Assembly (NCBI GenBank): GCA_964016885.1 | Contig: OZ024741.1 | Location: 390,104,169 to 390,168,000, forward strand | Length of the DNA: 63,832 nt | Source: Eledone cirrhosa | Lineage: Eukaryota | Direction: 5' to 3' | Shown here: positions 53,169 to 63,832 of the stretch, piece after piece | Layout: every line of letters starts with the position of its first letter | Numbering within the stretch: position 1 is the first letter of the stretch | Translations under genes and position numbers: made by a program | Notes under the pieces: generated by a model | The model's database searches: none | What the model was told of the DNA's origin: nothing | The model's input: only the letters and a program-made list of their open reading frames with translations

Positions 53169-53663
53169 AGTGGTTGGTGATAGGAAGGGCACCCAATTGT
53201 AGAAAGCCTGGCAAACAAATGGTTAGGAGGACCCTTTAGTTGTGTAAATGACAACCTCTCCTCGGTAGAACATGAGGCCATACATAAGCAAGATGCAGAT
53301 TCCTGGTCAGTTGCCCTATTTCAGTACTGACTTGGTTGATGTATACTCATCCAACCATTTAAGGGAAAGAGGACGTTAAAACTGTGATGATACATCATTA
53401 TCATCATTTAACATCCACACTCCCTGCTAGCAAGGGTTGGATGGGTCATCATAGACCAAGTCAGTACTGAAACAGGACTACTGACTTCTGACAGGCTGGA
53501 GGTTTGCATCTTGCTTACATATGGTTCCATGTTCAAATGAGTACATTTTATTGTGGCACCAGCTCTAGTGGGGTTGTCATATCTTTAACACAACTGGAGT
53601 GTCCTCTCAACCATTTGTTTGCCAAGATTTCTGCAACTGGATGCCCTTCCTATCACCAACCAC
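53169..53663. mobile_element. Two diverged RTE-tail elements inserted tail-to-tail
   Basis: 53169-53390 (+) and 53393-53663 (-) share AGGAAGGGCA, GGCAAACAAATGGTT, AAGCAAGATGCA and CAGTACTGACTTGG in mirror order. Confidence 0.65.
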
Positions 53664-53975
53664 TTTACAGCATGTACTAGGTCTGTTTATCATGTAGATT
53701 ACCATTACTAGGGAGGTGCCATTGACACATCTGAGGAGTCCTCTCAACCGTTTTAGGTAGGGTTTCTACAGCAGAGTGCCCTTCCTAATGTCAACCAGTT
53801 TACATGTACCAAATTCACTCTGTGATTGAATTCAAAATCACTTGGTTCTGAAGCAAGCTTCTTAACCACACAACTATACCTCTGTCACTATAGAAACAAT
53901 TATTATTTATAAAGTGTTTCCATTGTAATGCAACACAAATATCTATTTAATCAAGTTGCTCTGGATTTTATATAG

Positions 53976-54191
<216 letters not shown>

Positions 54192-54882
54192 TAAGTTTGA
54201 CAGCTCCTTTATTTATTTTTCAACCTCTCAATCACATCAGTTGGTGTTTTCTGTTTGTTTATATCCCTTTGAAATTGCTTGGTCAAACTTTGCTGTTGTA
54301 GCTATACAATTCCAGATCAACCTTGATTGAGCAAAATAGTGATCACTCATTCCAGCCATGACTGTCCCATCTTTTTTTTAAATATATAGTTTATTAGGTG
54401 ACTAAAATAGTTTGTGTCAGAAATCTGGCTGTAAATCATTACCTCAAAAAGGATCCCATTGATTAGTATGAGGACTGCCATGGAGGCTGCATGTCTAACC
54501 TCTGCTATATCATGGAAAATGGCCTTGAAACACTTGGTATGTTTTCATTGTAGCACCAGCACTAAAGAGGTAGAACAAGTCTTTGATGTAAATGAAGATT
54601 CCACTCAGCACATTTTTAGCTTTGTTTTTATGACTGGATGTCCTTAATGCCAATCACTTTACTGTGTATACCATGTGACCTTTTATCATGTCCACAGTAC
54701 TAGAGAGGTTGTCATGTCATTACTGAAGAGTTTCTCAATCCTTTTTAATAAGAAATCAGTATGTTTCTAAGGGGTTTTCCGTCTGTTATAAAAGTATTTT
54801 CCTTTTTTAGTGGTCTGTGTGAGATGACATCATCAAGATATCTATCTATAATGATTGAATGAATTTTTTATCTCTATTTCAG

Positions 54883-54940
54883 AGGTTGGTGGCATGGTCC
54901 TGCTGTATTTCGCAAGATATTGAACTTTTGGCGGAATTAA
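54883..54940 (+). CDS. SQOR: SQOR terminal coding exon (GWWHGPAVFRKILNFWRN*)
   Basis: TATTTCAG acceptor; phase fits; resembles the SQOR C-terminus GYWGGPAFLRK; TAA at 54938-54940. Confidence 0.92.
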
Positions 54941-55842
54941 TCATGAATCATTTCCGAAAACTTTATTATCTTTTTATATTTTAACGTTGAAATTTGATTA
55001 TGTGGATTCTATTATAGATTAAGTTATAAAGTTGAATATATAATAATATTGTTATATCTTTCGCTAAGAATCTCAACGTTAAGAAATTTTATTTTGTTAA
55101 CAATTATTTTTGTCTCTTGTTTTCACTGTAAGCTCAGAATGGTTGTAATGCATCAGACATTGCTTTCCACTATAAACTTCTGTGGCCTAAAGTGCGGTTG
55201 ATAAAATAAAGTACCAGCCATTTACTGGGGTTGATTTAATCAACGATACCCTTACCCACAATGTATGATCTTATGCCAATGTTAGAAACTATTATATTAA
55301 TGATAATAATTATTTTTTAAAAAGCATCAATAAACTGGCAAACACTTAGAATACTGGAGAAAGTGTCCTGTGGTATTGTTTCTGGCTTTTTATGTTCTGA
55401 ATTCAAATTCCCCAATGGTCAACTTTGCCTTTCATCCTTCCAGTGTCTATAAAATAAAGTACCAGTTAAGTACTGTTGTTGATCTGTTCTCCATCAAGAT
55501 TTCAGGCTTTGTTATTATTGTCATTAATGTTATTGGGTGATGTCAGTATATAGTTAAGTCCCTTTATGTTCTGAGTTCAAATCCCACTGAGGTTAGATTT
55601 GTCTTTCATTCTTATGGGGTCAACAAAGTAAAGAACCAATAACACACTAGGGTCAATTTAATTGATTTTCCCCTCCTCCAAAATTGCTATTGTTGTTGTT
55701 CACAAAAAAAAAAAAGTTCTTCCATAAGAGAGAAAACATTTTTTTGAGAAGTTTGTTATATTTGTATCTTTAACTTTAATATTTTTGTATTAAATGTATA
55801 TATACTGATTATGAAATTAAATTTATTGTTACTTAATCATAT

Positions 55843-56399
55843 AACCTGCTTGATGGTCGAGTGTCGGTGACTAAACCAACTCCCCAACCAGACCCTGGTC
55901 TGGTGAGGAGAGTAAGTGGAACCCCAGTAGCACAAAAAAACAAGAGCTGTAAAAAAGGACGGATGAACTCCTCAGTCAACAGCGACCTACCCTAATATAG
56001 GTTAAATAGCCTCACCAACCCACAATTGGTGAGTACAGCTACACCCCTGACATGACCAAAACCAAACAGAATGCAGTGGAGGTTAACCAAGGAAGGGTTC
56101 CTCCAACAGGAATGAGAAGGCCGTGGATTGGATTGGAGTTAGAAATAGCAGCATAACCAAGTGGTTAAGAAGTTTGTTTCACAATCATTAGGTTCTCTAT
56201 ATCACTCTACTTTAGTTCATTTTATGTCTAAGAACTTTTGTTAAGTTGTAAGTTATATTCCAAACACAAACCTTAATAATAAGAAAGTGTGGTGAGTATA
56301 GCTACACGCCTTAAGACATTACCAAAACCAAATAGAAAGTGGCGGAGGTCAACCAGGGAGGGGTACCTTCAACAGGAGTGAGAAGGCCCTGGATTGGAT
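55843..56399 (+). mobile_element. Old RTE-like 5' UTR remnant with an internal ~105-bp direct repeat
   Basis: 55843-55985 aligns to 26234-26375; 56027-56133 is similar to 56290-56399. Confidence 0.5.
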
Positions 56400-57795
56400 A
56401 ATTGTAAATTGAACAGTGAATATATATTTACATTTTTAAACAAAGTGAAACATTAAATAAAAAATTATATAATTTACAATATTAAATGAAAGGAAACATG
56501 CTAATATAAAGGATTGGCAGAAAGAGAAATAGCAGCCAAAATTCCCATCAGATTACACCCGAGCATTGAAAATAAGGATAGACATATTCCATAATATAGC
56601 AGGAATTCACTGCCAGAAAATAAAAATTAGATTATTTTGCTGGGACTCTTTTGATCATATTCTGCTCATTCAGAGTTGATTTGGTGCTAAACAATTACTA
56701 TACAAGTAAAATGAGATTGTTTCAAGCTTTTGTTTAAATATGTAAATATAAAAGAATGATTGCTTATTTATTGTTGTTGTTGTTTTTGTGCCATGCTAAA
56801 TTGAACCAGTTCTTATGACAATGACACATATTTTCTCTCCTGATCCTACCTAAAAACTTTAACAAGCAACTTTATCACTTTATAACATCAGAATGTCTGA
56901 GGGATTGGTTAGGTTAGGTTTGTATTGTTTCTCCCATATCACCAGTAAAGGATGGTTACTCCATCATGGAAATTTTCCTATTTGACTATTGTTGCTTGAT
57001 TTGTAATTAACAGTTGTTATGATGAATGATTCTTAACTAAGTTGTTGTAAAGGATTGTTTCCAGCATTATAGAAGCTGTCCTTAATGGCATAGCTTCCAA
57101 ATGAATCAGACGTTAAGATTGCTTTCAGAGAATTCATCCGAATTAATTTACTGGAGGAGTTTAAATGGACAAAGAAGAAAACATCTCAAAATAAAAGCAA
57201 GCAATAAAAAAAAAAAATAATGCTTTGTAAGTCAACCTTGTTTACACTGGCAATGTTACACTAAAATCTTCTAAAACGATGGTAATTGGTGTTTGAGGTC
57301 CTTTGGCATAATGGTTAAATGTGCTCGCCTGGCATACGTAAGATATGTAGTTAAATTCCCCACATGCATTTCTCTCCACTCTATCCAGGAGAACCTTTCT
57401 TGATTTATTCAACAGTTACCAACTGTTATTATAGTTATATGCACTGTGGTATCTATATTTTCAAATATTGATTAGTTTTACATAGACAGAGAGCTCTAGG
57501 TTTATAGAAAAAAGTGAAATGAGATTGTGCAATGTTAATGCCTTCTCAAGAGCATTAACAGAGGACAAAAATGATGATTAATGAAAAATAAAGTTTCCAC
57601 TCAGAAATTATAACCGAGTTATAGATCTGACTCCAACAGCTTATTGATATTCTATAACACTAACAAAGAAAAACATGAATATATGTATATGTATAATCAT
57701 CATCATATGTATGTGTATATCATCATCATATGTATGTGTATATCATCATCATATGTATGTGTATATCATCATCCATCATTATATATGCACATCAA

Positions 57796-57985
57796 GGGCG
57801 GTGGATTGGCAGTATCGGTAGAGGGTCGGACGTCATGCTTTGACGCATAGAGTTACGGCCCTTGCCATTCTGAGTTCAAATCCCGCCGAGGTTAACTTTG
57901 CCTTTCATCCTTACGGGGTCAATAAAATAAAGTACCAGTAATACACTGGGTAATTGCTGGCCTTGTGCCTAACGTAGAAACAATT
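57796..57985 (+). mobile_element. SINE family 2
   Basis: Full copy; TSD TATATATGCACATCA. Confidence 0.88.
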
Positions 57986-58049
57986 ATATATGCACATCAT
58001 CATTGTCATATATATGTATATGTGTATATCATTATATATATATATATGA

Positions 58050-60379
58050 TATATCAGAAGAACAGTTTGAACCTAGTTTAGTAACCATACTAAAACTACA
58101 TATTACAGTGGAAAAAACCCTTCTATCAGACTACAACCTGAGATTCCACCAGCTGAAAGCTAAACCTAATAACCTCTCTCCAGCTCACCCATTTGATAAC
58201 ATGGATCTTTATAATGCCAACTGGGATGCAATCACCAACAATCGATCAATTTGTGCATGTGTGGAAGACCAATCAACATCTCCACCAACATCAAAAAATC
58301 CTGGCAGATATTTGTAGACACTGTCACAAATGTGTGCAAAACACAGCCCACCATGTTCTGTGAACAAAACTAAGTGCAGAATCCTCCAAAACAGAAAAAA
58401 ACTATTATCAGAAAAATAAAAAAGAACAAACAAAATATCAATAATCAATAATCAGCAACACACACATTCAACTGTTATTGCACTGCTCGAATAAAAAAAA
58501 AAATAATTTCTAAAAATGCATAAAGACCATCATCAATAACCAAAGAACAGCTGAGGAGAAATGTTCCATTGAGAAAATCAAACTCAATCCCAACGTGTTC
58601 TTTTCATTTGCGAAAAAACACAATTGTTGGCCCTCTAATTGATGTAAATGGCACTCTCCAAGACAATGCTAAAACCAATACTGCTGTTTTCAGCAATCTT
58701 GATATGGCTGATCTGGGCTGCATCAGTGATATTAATTCTTAACACTATATTGGTAACGTTTTACGCCCATGTTGTCTAAGCAGCAAGAAACGAAATTGAA
58801 CACAACTCAGGAGTAGGCCCCGATAGGTTTCCTGCTCGTAACAATACCAACTTGTATCTCATCTAGCTAATCTGTGCAGGAACTCATTGGATGCTGGCTA
58901 TATACTTGAAAACTTTCTGTCCCAATTTTCAAAAAAAGAAACGAGTCCCTTGCAGTGAATTACTGTCTGATTTTACACACCTCTCATATTAAGGTATTTG
59001 AGAGAGTGGTGAGATCACAAATAACTCACTTTATTGAAAGCAACAATCTCCTGAACTCCAATCAACATAGGTTCTGTAATGGAAGGGACTATCTAATGCA
59101 GCTCCTGCATCACTTTGATGACATTTTAAGAGCTTTGGGAGAGGGCTCCAACACTGATGTTGTGTATCTTGATTTCAGCAAACCTTTGACAGGGTTGATC
59201 ACAAGATTCTACTGAAAAAAACTATACAACATTGGTGTCTCTGGAAAGTTACTGCAATGGATCAAGTGTTTCCTGACAAACAGAGCCCAATATGTTATAG
59301 TCAAAGGAGTACAATCAAGCCCAACCAAAATCAGTAATGGCATCCCACAGAACACTGTGTTAGGCCCACTTTTTTCATTATCTATATCAATGACATTAGT
59401 GACGTTATCAAGCACAGCAATGTAAGAATCTTTGCAGATGATTTCAAGCTCCAGAAGGTCATCAATATAGTGGGAAACTGGACATGCCTTCAATCAGATC
59501 TACTTGCTGTTATCTAATGGGCTACAAAAAACAATATGCTGCTGAACAAGGATAAATTCAAACTAATCCACTTTCGAAAAGAGGATGCACTGAAACTCTC
59601 ATATTCCCTTCCCTCAAGTGAAACCCTTGTAACATCCAACAACACCAGAGACCTGGGAGTAATTGTTAATAACAGCATAAGCTGGGCCACTCATAAACAA
59701 CAAAGTAGACATGGCCCACAGTATGAGTTCCTGGATTCTCAAAACTTTCCAGTTGAGAGAAACCCACACTATTATCCTTCTTTTTTCTAATTTCGCCCAT
59801 CCCCACCTTAAATACTATTGTTCATTGTGGTCCCCTCACAGAAATCAGTATTATGAAAATTGAAGCACTTCAAAGATCAATCACAAAAAAGATAGATGGC
59901 ATGACAGGCCTTGACTATTGGGGTCAACTAGAAAAGCTCAAACTTTATTCTCTCCAACACCACCATGAGCACTACATTATCTGTCATGATGTGGAAAATA
60001 TTCCATCAGCATTGCTTAAATGATGTTGGCATCATCTTTAAAGTACACCTAAGGTTTGGGCCCTGTGCTATCCATCCACAACAAAAATCAAACTCACATC
60101 TCATAACAATACGGCACAATTATTTCACCTCAACTGGTACTGCTCTCTTTAACATTATACCAAAAACTCGTTAAAACAGAAACAGATCCCATAAAATTCA
60201 AAAAGTTTTTGGACAAATTACTCCAAGAAATCCTGGATAAATCTCCTACACCCAATATGTTTCTGTAAACAATAACTCTCTACTTGAGTGGGCCATGGTG
60301 TACAAATCCTGATTTGAAAGACTTTGCCATGTGGTGCTATTAAGTTAGACATGGCCTGGACTAATACTGGCCTAAACCT

Positions 60380-60382
<3 letters not shown>
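58050..60382 (+). mobile_element. Degenerate CR1-like LINE ORF2 (same family as 20450-21465)
   Basis: KVFERVV, DVVYLDFSK, IFADD, RDLGV and IRHNYFTS fragments with many stops and frameshifts; same 3' UTR, followed by (AT)n. Confidence 0.88.
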
Positions 60383-60410
<28 letters not shown>

Positions 60411-61834
60411 CATCATCATCATCATCATTTAACGTCCATCTAGCATGGGTAGGATGTGCTGTCCCTTTGTGAGAGATCAGGTAGGAGGACCGTGATTCAC
60501 TCACACAGAACTGGTTTTGGCTTGGTTTCAACGACATTTACAGAGTGTGCTGGGTGCTTTTTGTTTTGTTGCACACAAAAATACACACTCACAGACATAC
60601 ACACTCATAGTATGTCTGTGAGTGTGTATTTTTGTGTGTCTGTATTTGCGCGTTTATATTTATATACCCATACATATAAATGTAAGCATATACACATACA
60701 CACCCGCGTCAGCGTATGGAAAAAAATTGTATATGAAAATGATATACATACACACACACACATATGTATATCACCATATCGTTTAGGCCTGATTATCCAT
60801 ACTTGCATATGGGTAGGATGGGTCCTTCTCAGCATGGCATCTCCCCACTTCTGCGCAAACACAGACACACAAAAATACACACTCACAGACATACATTTAC
60901 ACAAACGCACACATACAAATACTCACACAGCGTAGTTTTTTCACCATCCCCTTCCTTTTACACACACACATACATTCTTGCAGGCAGCAGATGTAAAGCG
61001 AGAGGAGTAGTATGAGGTAGTCAAACTACTCCTCTCCCTTTACGTGTTGTGACAGAATTGCAGAAATTTACATATAGATGTGTGCGTCATCATTTAATGC
61101 CCATTTTTTCATTCTAGCATTGGTTAGATGAGCCATTACAGACCAACTCAGTACAGTACTTAGAGTTACTGTCCACTCAGAGAGTCACGGGGTGTTGTGT
61201 ATGTTTCTTATATATGTTATAGTTTTGGCATGGTTTCTACTGCTAGATGGTCTTCTTACCACCACCTTTCTTATATATGTGTGTGTTGTAAGAGTCAACA
61301 TAAAGTATTGGTATCAAAAAGGGCATACACACTGTCAAAAAGTCCTGCTTTTACTGTGGCACCAACACTAACACTTTACAGGGTGTACTGGGTGCATTTT
61401 ATCATAGCACCAGCACGACCAGACTTAACAGTCCTCTGAAAACATATATTGTCGCTGTTCAATTGCCAAACACTAGCTTCTGGTCTCTCACCATATTTAC
61501 TTATAGTGCTGCAGTGTTTGTACTGGTGGACAGGGCATGTTTACTATGGTATATCACCTGGCAGCTTGGTCCTGTGTTATGTCTGTAAGATTCAATTTCC
61601 TGAGATCATTCTTCACAACAATCCCATGTCATCCTTGGTCTCTGTCTTCCATAGGTTTCATCCACTTCAAGTACTCGGCATTTTTTATACAACCCTTGCT
61701 CTCCTTATGCATCACATGTCCATATCAGTGCAGTCATATCTTTTTCACACTACATTCAATTCCACTTATACTCATGTTTTCTCTCACTTCACTTGTGCTC
61801 TGTTATTCATGCTCACTTATATTATTAGACACCC

Positions 61835-62018
61835 AGCGGTGAATTGGCAGTATCGGTAGAGGGTTGGACGCCATGCTTTCTAGCATAGTTACGTCCCTTT
61901 ACAGTCCGAGTTCAAATCCCGCCGAGGTTAACTTTGCCTTTCATCCTTACGGGATCGATAAAATAAAGTACCAGTAATGTACTGGATAATTGCTGGCCTT
62001 GTGCCTAAAGTAGAAACA
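61835..62018 (+). mobile_element. SINE family 2
   Basis: Full copy; TSD ATTATTAGACACCCA. Confidence 0.88.
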
Positions 62019-63221
62019 ATTATTAGACACCCAACAAATGTGATAGAGTATAATTACTTGGTGTATTTTGTCATCAGCCAACAATCTAATCTACAGGTTT
62101 ATATCTCCAGTTTTTATAGCATTTCTGCCCTCATGCACAAATCAAGTTTCACTATTGCTCTTTCAAATACTTTCTTTTTATGTTTTTTTTCCAAATAAAG
62201 AAAAACACATTAATGTGTTTGAGATGTTTGTCTTCATTGTTAACTCTTCAAAATAGAAGGAAAGTTTGGTTAAATAAATAAAAGAGTAAAATAATCTTAG
62301 TTGCTTAATTTGTGAAGTACCTAGATATTTTTTACACTCATTTGTTTCCAGGCCAATGAGAGAACTTGTGCCTGGTTACACAATCTGCTAGAAGTAGTTT
62401 AAAAATTCCCTCAAACCACACCCAAATGTAGTCTGAGGTAGACATTGCTTGAACAACGTTAAAATGGACATGACAAAAATACCTTTCGATTATAGGTCTT
62501 CTCCTTCAAGGCTGACCTAGGGCTAAACAACAATTGTTTGCTTCAGTTATTCTATTTGAAAAAATTGCTATTCTCCACCTCCATTTCCCAAGGAATATCA
62601 GTATATAAAAGTAGTTGAGTCTTTATATTGCTGATGTTGTGGTGCAAGTGTTGCAATCCTTTTTTGTTGTTTGTGTTTATGGCTGTTTAACTTGTGGGCT
62701 TTGTCTCTTTGTGTTGGGTTTCCATTTGTTGTTATAGGTATGAGTTGGGTTTGGTTTGTGATGTTGTCTGTGGTGGGGTTGCTATCTGTGGTAGTGATGA
62801 TGTTGGTATTAAGTGTTTTGCAGCTTTAACATTTTTCTTCTACCCCTCCCCCTTTTGAGGGTGACTTCAGTGAGTTTTTCTAATTTCTTCTTGTCTTTTT
62901 TTTTGTGGCAAATGGATTGCTAATCTTCCTTCTCATCACAATCCATATCTAATTATGAAGTTGGAGAGGGCGTGTCCTCCATGTGTGTTCGTGTTGTAGG
63001 TGGTATTGGTATCAGTTCTGCTACTTTTGTTTTCAGTGCAGCTGTCGTGAATGTCACTGCTGCAGCTGAAGTTGGTTTGGCTTCAGTGCAGGTCCTACAG
63101 TCATTGCCCTCACACCATTGCTGCTTCCATTGTTGTTGTGGTCGCTGGTACTGCTACCTTTGTTTGCTGCCATGCTCGAAACATTGGCAGTAGTGGGTGG
63201 GGTGGGGGCGGATATCTATGG

Positions 63222-63278
63222 GCAGAAATCCTTTAAGTGAGTTATGGTTCCACAAGTGTGACATTATGGCCTTCTACC
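63222..63278 (-). pseudogene. Degenerate gag/ORF1-type zinc knuckle, probably a retroelement relic
   Basis: Minus-strand GRRP*CHTCGTITHLKDFC(P*) fits C-x2-C-x4-H-x4-C; flanked by stops. Confidence 0.4.
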
Positions 63279-63832
63279 ACCGCTACCAGATGAGTATCTT
63301 CTGGGAGGTCAATCTGACCAGTGTGGATGAAGAGCCACATCCTCATTCTGGACCAATTTTCTACTTTAATTTTGAAGACCACCAGAGTTTTGCATCTCAT
63401 GTCCCTCACTCATATCTGAATTGATGGCTGCAATTTGAGGCTTACTTTGCTCTTGTGAATAATGAGCAAAGCTGCTACTGTGGCTGTTCCATACTGAAGA
63501 CAGTTGGCTGATCTTTTCTGCAGATGAAAATTGTTTTACCACCAGCAAAATTTCTAGGGGATAGAGATCGAGGAAAATCATCTAGGAATGTAATTGATTT
63601 AGCTACAAAACAATACAAAAGTTTCAACAAAAAATGTTTCAAAAACAGGTGAAAAACAACAAATAAATATGTGATCATTTGAAAAGCAAATATTATAATA
63701 ATAATAATCACGGTTGGATGTATGGTAGATTTTAAAATATATATATCTTTATTACATTTTTTATTTACATGCAATTTTTCAAAAATAGGAATCAAAAAAA
63801 TATATTTTTTCATTTTTTTTCTTAAACTGGGG

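Overview
AT-rich eukaryotic (metazoan) genomic DNA. The repeat content suggests a coleoid cephalopod such as an octopus; this is an inference. The only host gene I can support is the 3' half of a + strand mitochondrial sulfide:quinone oxidoreductase (SQOR/SQRDL): six coding exons at 30062-30165, 32370-32478, 33619-33802, 49935-50002, 54012-54190 and 54883-54940, all with GT-AG boundaries and consistent phases. The upstream exons were not found in the window. The rest is largely a mosaic of long (TA)n/(TATG)n microsatellites and non-LTR retroelements: RTE-clade LINEs, CR1-like LINEs, an R4/Dong-like RLE element, two tRNA-derived SINE families and a non-autonomous bipartite RTE derivative. There are also a deleted mariner, hAT-like MITEs and several inverted duplications. 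The most striking unit lies inside an SQOR intron: an intact 1039-aa APE-RT LINE ORF with a PHD finger inserted within the RT domain. It is preceded by 16 near-identical ~400-bp tandem copies of its own 5' UTR and followed by a fold-back copy of its own RT sequence in place of the normal 3' tail. The long microsatellites are strongly strand-polarised (TATG on +, almost never CATA). Nearly all retroelement ends in the first 28 kb abut these tracts. Most long ORFs in the supplied track are microsatellite artefacts.
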